DNA of 38,767 nucleotides, taken from positions 1-38,767 of the IMG/VR virus record IMGVR_UViG_3300033067_002224; one strand, 5' to 3'. Shown here piece by piece: positions 1 to 11,049 of the stretch; the stretch's first letter is position 1; each line of letters begins with the position of its first letter. Both the position numbers and the translations under genes were made by a program. The DNA comes from a virus (Duplodnaviria; Caudoviricetes). Below the pieces are notes generated by a model. It made no database searches, was not told where the DNA came from, and worked only from the letters and a program-made list of their open reading frames with translations.

Positions 1-3000
1 ATTATTTCATCTCCAACTGCTGGGGTAAATATATAATCTACATCACCATATGTTGAATAAAGTGAATTTGAACCTGTAGAAGGTAAATATAAATATCCAT
101 ATAGATTAGTTAAACCTGATGAAAGTATTATAGTATCTCCATTTATTGAACCTGAAATAAAAGGCTCAGTTGAACTTGTCACATATGGATTAGCACCTTG
201 TTGATTACTTTGAAGAGAATTTCTTAATCCATCATATCCTGTTTGTATAAAGGAAGCTGTGAAATTAGACGTAGAACTACTATTTACTCTAAATTGAAAC
301 GAAACTACGTCACCTGTTGTATAAGTATCGTAAGCAGTTGAAGCACTAAAATGTAAAGTAGTAGATAAATTTTGCTCTAAATTAGTTGAATTAAAACCAG
401 ATCCATTATCTCTTGCCCATATCCAAGCGTTAGCCATGTATTTAGCAGTAAATAATCCTGCTCCACAGTTAACAGGTGTACTAGATTTAGTTATTCCTGG
501 TAAATTTGGAGAGTCCCCCACTGTAGAATTAGTGCTAGAGGTAGCATACAATATTTGATAATCTCGATCTAATACGAATGATGGGTATATTCCTCCACAT
601 GGGTTAACACTTCCTGTGTAAATATGTAAATATGAACCACTATTTATTGTAGTAACATATGTTGTTCCTCTGTACAAATCAATAGAGTTAGAAATAGGAC
701 CATATACTAATTCTTGGAAACTATCAGGTCTAGTTGTTTCATAAAACACATTTGATGAAGCATAAACATTAACTTGATAACTTGATGTAAATCCTAAACT
801 TTGTGTTACTTGAGTTGAACCATTTTTTACTATTGAAAATGTAAAAGATCCACTTTGTTTAGGAACACTATATTCTATATTTAAACCAAAATCCGATGTA
901 AATTTATAATTACCTGCTTGAGGTACACTATATGAAGGAAAATAGTGATTAACAGTATCTCCTTGAACATAATATTGATTTCCATCACTATATGCACTAT
1001 CTAAAGTGTCAAATATATTATATATGCTTCCACTAATGATTGGATAAGTTATTACAGCTGAACCTGAAGCATATTTTCCATCTTGAAATAAAGTATGAAA
1101 TAGTACAGATAATGAATCCCCCGTATACTGGAAGTATAATTTATCGTCTGAACTGCTGTAATACAACATAGGCCAGTATGAGTAACCACTGTTATATATT
1201 AGTTTATTACCATCTGTAGAACGTTGATTGCTATATTTTTGATTATCAAATTGAGATACTACTAAATATTGTCCTGCTATAAATGTTCTTTGAACTTCTT
1301 CCCAATGAGTATTTCTTTGGTTTAACTCGGTTAAACTACCTGATTCGTCTACTAAGTATTTTAGAGAAGTATTATTTCTACCTGGTAAAAATGAACTAGT
1401 AACTATTTGAGTAAATAATCCTAATTTACGTACATTTTGATTTATCACAGAATTTTTTCCATATGAATTATCTCCTAAACTCCAAGTATTATATGTTGTA
1501 CTATTTATTTTAACTCCTTCATATCTTGAATATTGATATGATTTTAGTGATTCATATGAATCTTGAAGTTCTGCTGAGCTAGTAATACTTGATGTTGTAC
1601 CGTAAATATATTCTATTTTCTTTCTTGTGCGTGATAATCTGCTTGACGATACATTATTTCTTAATACATTATAATCTGAGTGATTAAATATATTTAAATC
1701 ACTGTTGGTTAAACTTGATGTAGGGTGTAAATAATAGTTAGTATTATTTGCTTCAAAAAAATGATGTACATCTATTTCACTTCCACTTAATTCACCTGTA
1801 TAAAATGCTCTTTTATCTCCACTTAAATTATCGTAAAAATGACCATATTGTGCACTCATAGATGGTGCGTTATAGTTAGCTTCCTGTACGCTTTGGGTGG
1901 CAGTACTAGAAGGATTACTATACACCATTTTATTTCTTTCAAGAATAGGTGAAGTTATTGTAACTCCTGTAGACAAATTAGATTTAGCGGGTACATACTC
2001 TTTCAACATTTTGAATAAAGAATTATCAAAATATTGTATCAATCTAATAAATCCAGCATAATCTAAATATGAAGCAGTAAAAGCTGAGTAATAATGTGCT
2101 TTTTGTGTATTTAAAGTTTCATATGACGAACTGTATAAATATCCTGGATCCCCAAGGTAATCATCTAGAGAAAAAGTTGATGGTAGCGAAGCGGAAATAT
2201 AAGTATCAATTTGATTTTGAGGTGAAAATGATACATCCACATAGTGTTCATCTTGTGTTCTTGATGATGTAGGAGGGTATTGTATACTAGTAAAAGGTGA
2301 TAATACACTACCTGTTGTATTATTAGAAATTATCCTAACTTTATCATTATTATATCCTTGTAATATTTCTTCTTTTGAATATCCTCCATATTCTTTTACA
2401 TTTAAAATACTACTTGATATTCCGAATGTACTTATAAATGTTTGTAATCCATATGCTGTACCTTTAGTTTTTAATAGAAAAGGTAAATTATGATATATTC
2501 TTTTATATAATTCAGATAATAAATCTTTTCTAGGTATATTATTTAGATAACTTCCTGTTGAAGAAAAATTATTATCAAACGTAGTAGAACCACTATTATT
2601 ACCAATTAAATATTGATTTAAATTTGAATTTCCGTATTTGCTGTATAGATTAATTCCTAAAGATTGTAAAACATGTTGTACCAAATCTTTAGATATGCCT
2701 TCGTCTAAATTATTATTTGATAAATTTATATCTGTTATTGATTTTAAGTACACCCAAATACCATCAAAATATTGTCCAACAGCATTTAAAAATGTAAGAT
2801 ATGGTTGATTACTACTATCTTCCTTAATAAAGGAAGGGATAGCATATTCTAAATTATCGTAGTTATTTAAATCATAGTCCTCAGCAGATGAAGTCATATT
2901 ATTATACCATATTTGAACTTCTGCTGAACTTGTAGACTGTAAAGAATATGGTTTAGTTGAGTTAGTTTTAGGCCATGCATATGAACCTGACTCATAATAA

Positions 3001-4058
3001 AGATAATGCTCATAACTATCAAACCCAGTAATAGTACTGTCTATTGATGAAGAGTATAAGTTTATTTGTTGCTGTAAACCTGTAATGCTAGGTATTAGAT
3101 AAGTATTATCATTTATGAAAGATTGAGCATCCTCTATTTGTTTAACCTTTGTCCAAAAATTAACTAAGCGTTGTTTAGCAGATCCAAAAAACACAAAATT
3201 ATCAAAGGTAGTATAATCTACATTAATATCTACACTTTGAGTTGTTGTTAAATTTAATAATTGTTGATATGAAGAACCTGTTAAACTTCCTATCAAATCA
3301 TTATACGTTTGATATTGAGTAGTTGTATTATTTTGATTCTTTATCTTAATGTCAAAATTGGGTCCTCTTAATTGGGGTAGGGGATCAGGAATTATTAATT
3401 TGTCTAAATTAATATCAAATAAATAGGGGTCAACTTTTTCATTTACTATCCAAAGTTCATCTTTTTCTTCAATTTGGCCTGGAAGAGTATCATATAATTT
3501 AACTAATATCTCAGTTCCACTTCCACTTATTGGGTTTAATAATTGGTTTACAATTAAAACTTGATTATTATTTCCAAAATTTAGTAAATAGTTATTAAAA
3601 TATAAAGTATTACTTCCACTCAAAATGTTGTTAAAACCTTGCTCAATTTCACTATTACTTAAAATAGTTGATGCTAATCTTAATTCAGTTCTATCTGAAG
3701 ATATTTCTTTTATGTAAAGAGAAGATAGTTCAGTTTTGAAAAAATTATATTGAACTTTGAATTCTCCAGAAGAATAGTTATTATCTTGTAAATCTTTAAT
3801 AGGATCTATTTCTATTATAGGATAACTTCCTGTTGTAGGATTAAGATATGATGTTGAAGGTAATTTAAAATTAGAATAATTATAGTCTAAATTTAATAAA
3901 CTTCCTCCAATATCATATACAAAATATTCTATATGATCTGTTGATAAATTAAAATCTCCAGGTAGTATTGATGATGATAATAACTTTATATCATTTTCAC
4001 TATAGTGTGAAAGTGTTAAAGTACTTAAAATATCTCCTACTATTTTTATTTGAGCCAT
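1..4058 (-). CDS. Large virion/baseplate structural protein (>1350 aa, 3' end outside window; possibly T4 gp7-like wedge)
   Basis: Not in ORF track because it is truncated. ATG at 4058 overlaps the upstream stop (TAATG). Translates MAQIKIVGDILSTL...IYHNLPFLLKTKGTAYGLQ..., and the same frame is still open at the window edge (YSTYGDVDYIFTPAVGDEI). Ser/Thr/Asn-rich and inside the baseplate cluster. Confidence 0.8.
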   Translation of the reverse strand, partial: MAQIKIVGDILSTLTLSHYSENDIKLLSSSILPGDFNLSTDHIEYFVYDIGGSLLNLDYNYSNFKLPSTSYLNPTTGSYPIIEIDPIKDLQDNNYSSGEFKVQYNFFKTELSSLYIKEISSDRTELRLASTILSNSEIEQGFNNILSGSNTLYFNNYLLNFGNNNQVLIVNQLLNPISGSGTEILVKLYDTLPGQIEEKDELWIVNEKVDPYLFDINLDKLIIPDPLPQLRGPNFDIKIKNQNNTTTQYQTYNDLIGSLTGSSYQQLLNLTTTQSVDINVDYTTFDNFVFFGSAKQRLVNFWTKVKQIEDAQSFINDNTYLIPSITGLQQQINLYSSSIDSTITGFDSYEHYLYYESGSYAWPKTNSTKPYSLQSTSSAEVQIWYNNMTSSAEDYDLNNYDNLEYAIPSFIKEDSSNQPYLTFLNAVGQYFDGIWVYLKSITDINLSNNNLDEGISKDLVQHVLQSLGINLYSKYGNSNLNQYLIGNNSGSTTFDNNFSSTGSYLNNIPRKDLLSELYKRIYHNLPFLLKTKGTAYGLQTFISTFGISSSILNVKEYGGYSKEEILQGYNNDKVRIISNNTTGSVLSPFTSIQYPPTSSRTQDEHYVDVSFSPQNQIDTYISASLPSTFSLDDYLGDPGYLYSSSYETLNTQKAHYYSAFTASYLDYAGFIRLIQYFDNSLFKMLKEYVPAKSNLSTGVTITSPILERNKMVYSNPSSTATQSVQEANYNAPSMSAQYGHFYDNLSGDKRAFYTGELSGSEIDVHHFFEANNTNYYLHPTSSLTNSDLNIFNHSDYNVLRNNVSSSRLSRTRKKIEYIYGTTSSITSSAELQDSYESLKSYQYSRYEGVKINSTTYNTWSLGDNSYGKNSVINQNVRKLGLFTQIVTSSFLPGRNNTSLKYLVDESGSLTELNQRNTHWEEVQRTFIAGQYLVVSQFDNQKYSNQRSTDGNKLIYNSGYSYWPMLYYSSSDDKLYFQYTGDSLSVLFHTLFQDGKYASGSAVITYPIISGSIYNIFDTLDSAYSDGNQYYVQGDTVNHYFPSYSVPQAGNYKFTSDFGLNIEYSVPKQSGSFTFSIVKNGSTQVTQSLGFTSSYQVNVYASSNVFYETTRPDSFQELVYGPISNSIDLYRGTTYVTTINSGSYLHIYTGSVNPCGGIYPSFVLDRDYQILYATSSTNSTVGDSPNLPGITKSSTPVNCGAGLFTAKYMANAWIWARDNGSGFNSTNLEQNLSTTLHFSASTAYDTYTTGDVVSFQFRVNSSSTSNFTASFIQTGYDGLRNSLQSNQQGANPYVTSSTEPFISGSINGDTIILSSGLTNLYGYLYLPSTGSNSLYSTYGDVDYIFTPAVGDEI

Positions 4059-4393
4059 TATTTATTTAATAAAGTATTTATTGTTTCTTGTGCATCCGTT
4101 ACTTCTTGTCTAAGTGAAGTAATTTCATCCAATAATGCTTGAACGTTATCAGAATTTATTTGAACCCCCAAATATGCTGCTTCCTTATTTAAAATATAAG
4201 TATGTGAGTTTATGTCACCTTCTTTTGGAATAGTATAAAATAGTTGTTCGTATAATTGAAAAAAATCATCTAAAGTAAAAACAGGTAATGTTGGATTTAA
4301 TTGAGTAATTGACAATTGACTAAATGAAGTATCAATTAGAGAATTAAATTTATTTCTATCAAGAACTGTTTTTTGTATAGGAATCTGTGACAT
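4058..4393 (-). CDS. Hypothetical structural-module protein with C-terminal coiled coil
   Basis: 111-aa ORF coupled to the large gene; ends ALLDEITSLRQEV (heptad-like). Confidence 0.6.
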   Translation of the reverse strand: MSQIPIQKTVLDRNKFNSLIDTSFSQLSITQLNPTLPVFTLDDFFQLYEQLFYTIPKEGDINSHTYILNKEAAYLGVQINSDNVQALLDEITSLRQEVTDAQETINTLLNK

Positions 4394-4883
4394 TTTTTAT
4401 TTCGTTATATATTTTATTACGAGTAATTTGATTAATACTTGATAACCATAAAGGGATAGCAGTATGAAGGGCGTATCCATTTTTTTTTAAAATATCTATA
4501 ATATTATTGTAACATACATAGTATAATTTTGAATAAGCAAAGTGTATTAATTCTAATATATCTTCTGCTGATTTATTTGGCTTATTTATACCAATTTCTT
4601 TTAATTTATTTTTTTTCACAACAACTTGTGATTTGGGGATACCATAAAATGTAGATGCTATATGTTTCCCCAATATTCTACATAATTTAAAGTAACGCCA
4701 TTTGGAAAATTTTTCAATATCATCATTATCAATAAATGTGAAATAATAATCAGGAAACATATTTCTTCCTATCCAAAAACCAAAATTATCTATTTTAAAA
4801 TAATCATTACTTATCTGCTTAGCATACACTAATCCTGGTTTATTTACACCAATTTCTGCTAATATTTTGCTAAATTTTATCAT
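4359..4883 (-). CDS. EIGxNxP modular family protein, architecture leader-A-B
   Basis: MIKFSKILAE|IGVNKP...YGIPKSQV...LKE|IGINKP...; paralogous to five other ORFs in the window. Confidence 0.8.
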   Translation of the reverse strand: MIKFSKILAEIGVNKPGLVYAKQISNDYFKIDNFGFWIGRNMFPDYYFTFIDNDDIEKFSKWRYFKLCRILGKHIASTFYGIPKSQVVVKKNKLKEIGINKPNKSAEDILELIHFAYSKLYYVCYNNIIDILKKNGYALHTAIPLWLSSINQITRNKIYNEIKNVTDSYTKNSS

Positions 4884-5974
4884 CTAATTACCTTAAAAAT
4901 ATTATTGTCTTCAAATACCAAAGTTTCACCATTAGATAATACAGTTTTTATTAAAAGTTTATAGCTTCTTTCTGGTTCTAATCCGTTCATATATATTGTA
5001 AAATAATTCCCTTCAGAATCTGCAGATATTTTTGTATAATTAGTATCAAAATCATTTACAATTTCTTCGGTGTCATAATCTTTTATAGCCCAATATGATG
5101 TTGAAGGTAATACCTTATTTGTAGTATACAAAGAAGATGTTTGAAATGTTCGTGTGGGGTATTTATCTCTTACATTTATTCTAAATTGTTGTACGGAATC
5201 TTGTTGATATTCTCCTCTATTATTACCTAAAGTAACTACTATTTTATCATTATTAGCTAAAGATAGTGAACCTGTATTATATACGGAGTTATCCCATCTT
5301 ATTTCTAGGCATGGTGGATATATAGTATGGGTATTTCCTGTAAAATATTTTAGTTCAAATTTAGGATTATCTGTAAACTCCAAATTTGGTGAATGTTTTA
5401 TTATGAACCCTTCATTATTTATTGTACCACTTACCCAAGCATTTATAATATTTGTATTTTTAATTTCAATATCTTTAGAATCATTTGACAGAAATGATTG
5501 AGTATATTCATATATTGAACCCGAATACCATAATCCCCCTCCAACATTTGTTGAATATGAAGCAGTTGTATCTGCAGGTATACTACTTGTTAAAAACCAA
5601 GGACTACCGCTATCTTGATTTCTATAATACCACGATGCTCCTGTAGTAGTTATGGGTGAGTTAGATAACCGGCCTATTCCTAAATCCCACGAACCAGATA
5701 TTGGATGAATGTATAATGAGTAATCTAAAGGAAGTTCAGACGCATCCGCTAAATATAATTTAAGATATGAATCAAAGCTAGATGTTCCAACTTTTTGCAT
5801 AACATCTAAAATGTCAGATTGAGAAAATTTTATTAATCCCCTAGACACTTCTGATGTGCTTTCTAGTGATTCAAAAGTTGAAATTTCCATAATTTCATCT
5901 ATACCTGTATTCATTGTTGGATAATATGAATATAAGGTGGATGATTTCTCAGGGAAAATTTTAATTATCGCCAT
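4880..5974 (-). CDS. Putative virion structural protein
   Basis: 364 aa, beta-rich S/T/G composition, located among baseplate genes; no specific family recognised. Confidence 0.55.
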   Translation of the reverse strand: MAIIKIFPEKSSTLYSYYPTMNTGIDEIMEISTFESLESTSEVSRGLIKFSQSDILDVMQKVGTSSFDSYLKLYLADASELPLDYSLYIHPISGSWDLGIGRLSNSPITTTGASWYYRNQDSGSPWFLTSSIPADTTASYSTNVGGGLWYSGSIYEYTQSFLSNDSKDIEIKNTNIINAWVSGTINNEGFIIKHSPNLEFTDNPKFELKYFTGNTHTIYPPCLEIRWDNSVYNTGSLSLANNDKIVVTLGNNRGEYQQDSVQQFRINVRDKYPTRTFQTSSLYTTNKVLPSTSYWAIKDYDTEEIVNDFDTNYTKISADSEGNYFTIYMNGLEPERSYKLLIKTVLSNGETLVFEDNNIFKVIR

Positions 5975-6527
5975 TTAATTCTATTTCTTGTTTTAATTTT
6001 AAAAAACGTTTATATAAATCATTTAGTGTTTTTTGATTTAAAGTATCTAACCATGTTTCAATTGTGGGAGCAGAGCTTCGAGTATACCCATAATCTACTA
6101 ATGTTTCCCATCTTTTATCTCTATACCTTTTATTAAGTATATTTAATTTATTATTTAAGTCTAATATTTGATCCTTTATAGATTTAGGTTTATTAATACC
6201 AATTTCATTTATATTACCTACAATGTCAACTTGAGATTTGGGTATACCATATGTAATATTCAAATCCGTTTCTCTTACTATTTTAAAATATTTAAAATAT
6301 TTCCATTGTTTAAAAGTATCTAAACTTGGGTATTCTTTAGCATCTGGGTTATTTATGGAAAATGTCCAACCCCAGTACGGATAAGATATTCCTGTGTATT
6401 TGGTCATATCCCAAAATACATAATTATCTATTTTGATATAATTTACATCTCCATCCAAATATACACCTTTTAATATATGAGGACTATTTACACCAATTTC
6501 TTGTAGTATGTTTGAAAATTTAATCAC
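5961..6527 (-). CDS. EIGxNxP modular family protein, architecture leader-A-B
   Basis: MIKFSNILQE|IGVNSP...KQWKYFK...YGIPKSQV...INE|IGINKP...WLDTLNQKTLNDLY. Confidence 0.8.
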   Translation of the reverse strand: MIKFSNILQEIGVNSPHILKGVYLDGDVNYIKIDNYVFWDMTKYTGISYPYWGWTFSINNPDAKEYPSLDTFKQWKYFKYFKIVRETDLNITYGIPKSQVDIVGNINEIGINKPKSIKDQILDLNNKLNILNKRYRDKRWETLVDYGYTRSSAPTIETWLDTLNQKTLNDLYKRFLKLKQEIELNGDN

Positions 6528-7050
6528 TATATTTAAGACTATTTGTTCTGTTCATCCATCCTTTTAAAAATTTATTTTGACTAGGATTGGCTTTAACGAT
6601 ATCTAAGTATCTATTTTTTCTTACTTCTTGAATTTTTTCAAATAATTCTCGTTGATTAGGATAGTTATTTATTTTAGAAATGGTTATAGGTCCAAATGCA
6701 CCATCAGGATTAGCTCCTATTATAGTTTGAATTTTTTTACCCATCCCTCTTCCACAATTATAAGCAAAATCTACAATAGCATTAGCTACAGATTGATTTT
6801 TTATAGTATCTGCTCTAAATATATCCCAATATTCTTCTTTACAAAGTTTTAAAGCATCGTCATATGATATCAATGATACATCAGTAGCATTTATAAGGCC
6901 GTCATGATTTATATCATATCCATATTGCTGCCAGTCTTTTAAAGTTATACCATATTTAGTAGGACCACCTGCATCTCCGGGAACATTTTCATACTTATCC
7001 CCTTCCCATGGGATTAAAAAATTATCAAAATAAGGTTTAAAGTTTGCCAT
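6520..7050 (-). CDS. Glycoside hydrolase family 108 lysozyme with C-terminal peptidoglycan-binding region (endolysin or tail-associated)
   Basis: EG...GDAGGPTKYGIT catalytic motif, DFAYNCG, and C-terminal QNKFLKGWMNR, typical of GH108/PG_binding_3 proteins. Confidence 0.88.
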   Translation of the reverse strand: MANFKPYFDNFLIPWEGDKYENVPGDAGGPTKYGITLKDWQQYGYDINHDGLINATDVSLISYDDALKLCKEEYWDIFRADTIKNQSVANAIVDFAYNCGRGMGKKIQTIIGANPDGAFGPITISKINNYPNQRELFEKIQEVRKNRYLDIVKANPSQNKFLKGWMNRTNSLKYSD

Positions 7051-7054
7051 TTAA

Positions 7055-7483
7055 TTACATTTTTATTATTATATCTTCGGGTATTATTTTAATTGTTGCT
7101 TCTTTAAAATCAGCGGAACCCCAATCTAATTTTCCAAAATCTATATCAATAATATGAGAACGCATTATCCACATTTCACTTATTACTTCTCCTAAGCGGT
7201 CTAGTTCTTGTATAGATATTTTTTTAATTTCTTTAAAATTTTTCTTAACAATGTTAAATAATATTTGGTCTACTGATGGAGCTATTGGGGAATATAGCGA
7301 AAATGTCATTCTCTCCCACTTTTGATGTCCCCATCTATGTTTACCCCCATTACATAAATATTTTACAGGGCTAATTTTTTTTACTAAATATGATGGAATG
7401 CAAAATTCATCTGGGAAATCACATATAAACATGTTTTCATGTTTAGGTTCAAATATGTTACTTGGATTGAGGTTAAATGCCAT
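7055..7483 (-). CDS. Tail tube-like protein (T4 gp19-like, diverged)
   Basis: FEPK...IPSYLVKK...WERMTFSLYSPIAPS...DFGKLDW pattern resembles myovirus tube proteins. Confidence 0.65.
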   Translation of the reverse strand: MAFNLNPSNIFEPKHENMFICDFPDEFCIPSYLVKKISPVKYLCNGGKHRWGHQKWERMTFSLYSPIAPSVDQILFNIVKKNFKEIKKISIQELDRLGEVISEMWIMRSHIIDIDFGKLDWGSADFKEATIKIIPEDIIIKM

Positions 7484-7485
7484 TG

Positions 7486-7752
7486 TTAAATAAATTTAAT
7501 ATTTTGTTTTGAAATTACATACACGTTTTCATTATTTGGGGGAATTTTTAAGTATTGATAAAAATCATAATCTTCCAATCCCCCAAGTCTAAGCATATAA
7601 TAACAGCCAGGAAATTTATTTTCAAAATCCCCATCCCATAGATAATATCCACCCTCTTCAAGTTTAATAGTAGACCAGGATATTTTATAAGCATCAACTT
7701 TTTTCGGTATATTTACACCTATTTCAGATAATATATTTTTAAATTTTATCAT
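7486..7752 (-). CDS. EIGxNxP modular family protein, leader plus diverged module A
   Basis: MIKFKNILSE|IGVNIP...YLWDG...FPGCYY...YVISKQNI. Confidence 0.75.
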   Translation of the reverse strand: MIKFKNILSEIGVNIPKKVDAYKISWSTIKLEEGGYYLWDGDFENKFPGCYYMLRLGGLEDYDFYQYLKIPPNNENVYVISKQNIKFI

Positions 7753-9536
7753 ATTATAATTCTTCCTATTATATCTTCTTGAGGATATCTTACTTCAAAA
7801 ATGGCAGGATCCAATGAAGGATATACGTTACCATTGCGAGTTGCCCCTGCTATATCATATCCATATAAAGAATATGTTCCATTATCTGATTGTTTATTTA
7901 CTATTTCTACTTTTACAACGGATTTTACTCCTTTTTGTTGCAATAAAACAGTGTATATATCTGATATAGCTATAGGTTGGTTAATTTGCCATTTTGAAAT
8001 ATCAAAATAATTTTGTAAAGCTAAATTACAAGCCATTAAAATATCTTTATTATTGTATCCCGCTAATATTGTTATATCGAAGTTAATACCTATATTTATG
8101 TAAAAAGCATCTCTAATATTAATAGCATCGGTAACCATCCTAAATTGATTTAGGTATGTTACTAAGTTTTGTTTTAAAGTTGTTGATGCTTGGGTAAGTT
8201 TATTATTACTATTAAAAGCTAAAACATACATGTCTAAAGATAAAGGATTTGATTCTTGAGTATTTATATAAACTTTTGCCATATTTCCAAAATCTGATGG
8301 CATGCTTAGTGCTCTTACAATATAATCCTCTTTAGTTACCGCTCTTAGTTGAGATGAATAAGTATATAATGTATTATTTCTAATTTCTTCAACCGTATCT
8401 CCATTGCGACCTCCTATAGATGAACTAGGATTTGTTGACAAAATACTTTGAAACACCTGATCAGCTGTTGGATTACTAGGATTCCCATATTTAAATGATA
8501 TCCCAGACGTATCTATAATTGTTAAATCGTTTGATGGAACGTTAGAAGTTACTCCTCCTCCTACTAAATACTTTACTTGCATTCCAATATTTGATGGAGC
8601 TAATCCATACTCTTGTGTATAAAATATAGAAGCTTCATTATAGTTATCTTGTAAATTAGATATTCCTGGTACTAATCCTAGTTGAATATTATCAGGTGTT
8701 GGGATAATTTGATCATCATTATTATTAGATATTCCTGCTCCAAATTCTATTTGTAACGTATCATCTGATAAAAATCTAGATACAAATCGTCTTGGTACAC
8801 GTTGTAGTTCAAGTAAATATGGAACACCATCAGAACCTGATGTTGAATTATTTCCTTTTAAAAATATAGTAGATTGGGCTAAATATGGAACTTCATACCA
8901 CTTATTTGAATCACTACCTGTTACTTCCAGTATTTGTAATATGTTTGAATCTGTAATAGTTACAGTTGAAAATTTTTGAGGAGCCCCAAACGTAAATGAT
9001 GTTGATTTAATTTCGGCAGATATAGCTTTAGTTGTTTTTTTCATCAGGTAAAAATTACTATCTATATAGGATATTTCTGATGAACCTGTATCTGAAAAGT
9101 CAACTTGTTTTAAAGTAAGAAATTTCACACCTGTTGTAGCTGACGTTACAACAGTATTTTCGGGAACTAATAAAGAATATGACAAATCAGGATATGTAAT
9201 ACCTGCTGATTGTGTTGTTGGTATTAATTGATATATGTCTAAATCAGTATATGATGCATATGATACTTTAGGACGGTATCCTCTTGTATATGCTTCTGCT
9301 AATAAATTTTCTTTTTCTTTAGCATATAGTAGGAAATTTTCTTGTACTTGGGTATCAATATAAAATGAACTAACATCTCCCAAATATGCTGCTAAGTCTA
9401 TAAAAATACCACCTGGGTTAGCATCTGAAAAGTCATTGTAACTATTTGGAAAGTATGTTTTTATATAGTTTTGTAAGTTGGCTTTAAAGTCTGAAAATTG
9501 TTTATTTAGGTAACTTATATTTTTATTATTGTTCAT
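7749..9536 (-). CDS. Baseplate wedge protein (T4 gp6-like / baseplate J-like)
   Basis: YNDFSDANPGGIFIDLAAYLGDV, GYRPK, IEFGAG, GGRNGDTVEEIR and RAVTKEDY motifs of gp6-type wedge proteins. Confidence 0.88.
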   Translation of the reverse strand: MNNNKNISYLNKQFSDFKANLQNYIKTYFPNSYNDFSDANPGGIFIDLAAYLGDVSSFYIDTQVQENFLLYAKEKENLLAEAYTRGYRPKVSYASYTDLDIYQLIPTTQSAGITYPDLSYSLLVPENTVVTSATTGVKFLTLKQVDFSDTGSSEISYIDSNFYLMKKTTKAISAEIKSTSFTFGAPQKFSTVTITDSNILQILEVTGSDSNKWYEVPYLAQSTIFLKGNNSTSGSDGVPYLLELQRVPRRFVSRFLSDDTLQIEFGAGISNNNDDQIIPTPDNIQLGLVPGISNLQDNYNEASIFYTQEYGLAPSNIGMQVKYLVGGGVTSNVPSNDLTIIDTSGISFKYGNPSNPTADQVFQSILSTNPSSSIGGRNGDTVEEIRNNTLYTYSSQLRAVTKEDYIVRALSMPSDFGNMAKVYINTQESNPLSLDMYVLAFNSNNKLTQASTTLKQNLVTYLNQFRMVTDAINIRDAFYINIGINFDITILAGYNNKDILMACNLALQNYFDISKWQINQPIAISDIYTVLLQQKGVKSVVKVEIVNKQSDNGTYSLYGYDIAGATRNGNVYPSLDPAIFEVRYPQEDIIGRIII

Positions 9537-9560
9537 TTTCGAATTTTTCTTTTAATTTTA

Positions 9561-10043
9561 TTAATATCTTCTAAAGTATTCTAATATTTGAAAGTATAAA
9601 TCTTTTTTAGATTTAATAGGATATATAGCTTTTTTTAAAGGAAAATACACAGTTTCATCATAATATATATTATATAAATTATATGGATATTTTTCAGTTT
9701 CATCACCATTTTCTAATCCACACCATTCTACACCTATTTGCAAGTCTAAAAGAGAATCAGTACATAATTTATAATTTTTTTTAAAATTTTCCTCTCCTAC
9801 TACTTTTAATATACATTGATTTTTGACATCTTGATATCTATTTAACGGAAATACCAATTCGTTAACCATAATATATTCATCATTACTAATTAAGGGTACT
9901 TCTCTATCAAATTCTAACCATATTGAAAATCTACATAAATTTGAAACAATATCATTAAATTCTTTTTCATTTGATATTCCTAATGGACCATATATTGGGT
10001 TATTTATTCCAATTTCTGCTAATATTTTACGAAATTTAATCAT
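9561..10043 (-). CDS. EIGxNxP modular family protein, leader plus unrelated module C
   Basis: MIKFRKILAE|IGINNP followed by a ~145-aa domain unlike modules A and B. Confidence 0.75.
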   Translation of the reverse strand: MIKFRKILAEIGINNPIYGPLGISNEKEFNDIVSNLCRFSIWLEFDREVPLISNDEYIMVNELVFPLNRYQDVKNQCILKVVGEENFKKNYKLCTDSLLDLQIGVEWCGLENGDETEKYPYNLYNIYYDETVYFPLKKAIYPIKSKKDLYFQILEYFRRY

Positions 10044-10453
10044 TATACTAACTGTATTAAAATTTGGTCTTGTGTACCTGATAATTTTATTTGGTATTTA
10101 ACCAATATAGATATTGTGTTGTTGTCTTCATCAGGATTAACAATAATATCTTTTATAGATACTTCAGGAATATACATAGTAACACTACTTAAAATTAGTT
10201 CCCTAACAATTTCTGCAGTTGTCTCTGTTATTCCTTCAAATAATACTCTTCTTAGATCTGTTCCAAATTCTTGATTTAATATACGTTCTCCTTTATTTGT
10301 TAATAATAAATTAATTAGATTGGATTTAATTTGATCTTGAGTAGAAAATGTAGGTTTAAACACAGCGGGTGTATTAAAAGGCAGAGATACTCCAATTGCT
10401 ATATTTTTTTGTAAATCTAAGGTTGATATTTTAGTTATTTGGGGTAAAGGCAT
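10043..10453 (-). CDS. Baseplate protein, GPW/gp25 family
   Basis: QIKSNLINLLLTNKGERILNQEFGTDLRRVLFE is the gp25 signature. Confidence 0.9.
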   Translation of the reverse strand: MPLPQITKISTLDLQKNIAIGVSLPFNTPAVFKPTFSTQDQIKSNLINLLLTNKGERILNQEFGTDLRRVLFEGITETTAEIVRELILSSVTMYIPEVSIKDIIVNPDEDNNTISILVKYQIKLSGTQDQILIQLV

Positions 10454-10464
10454 TTTGTTTTATT

Positions 10465-11049
10465 TTAATATTTATCTATAATTTCAACTTGAGATTTAGG
10501 GATGCCATATAAAATAATATCACCCTCACCTTTGTCATCTTCTTTTAATTTGGTAAAAAGTTTAAAATATTTCCATTTTTGAAACTTTCCTAAATTTTCA
10601 TTACCCGTACCTACTTCATAAAAAAACCAACACCAATAACCTGGGATAGGGTCAAAATGATTGTCATCTCCATTCCAAAATGTCCAAAGACCATCTATTT
10701 GAATTCTATCAGGATTTGAATTATACAATTCGGCTTTTAACCTAATAGGGCTATTTATTCCAATTTCATCTAATTTATCAACAATTTCAACTTGAAATTT
10801 GGGAATACCATATAAATTAACACCATCATTTTCTCTCTGTAAACGCTTTAAATATTTAAAAAAGGTACAATCTTTATAAGCGTTTACATCAAAAATATAC
10901 CTTACATAATACCCAGGATAATAATAATGTTTACCATTAGCGAAGGTGTAATTATCAATAATTATATCACCTAGGGTATACTCTCTCGCTATAATTTTTC
11001 CTGGTTTATTAACACCAATCTCTTGTAATATATGTTTAAACGTTATCAT
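10465..11049 (-). CDS. EIGxNxP modular family protein, architecture leader-A-A
   Basis: MITFKHILQE|IGVNKP...YGIPKFQVEIVDKLDE|IGINSP...YGIPKSQVEII. Confidence 0.8.
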   Translation of the reverse strand: MITFKHILQEIGVNKPGKIIAREYTLGDIIIDNYTFANGKHYYYPGYYVRYIFDVNAYKDCTFFKYLKRLQRENDGVNLYGIPKFQVEIVDKLDEIGINSPIRLKAELYNSNPDRIQIDGLWTFWNGDDNHFDPIPGYWCWFFYEVGTGNENLGKFQKWKYFKLFTKLKEDDKGEGDIILYGIPKSQVEIIDKY

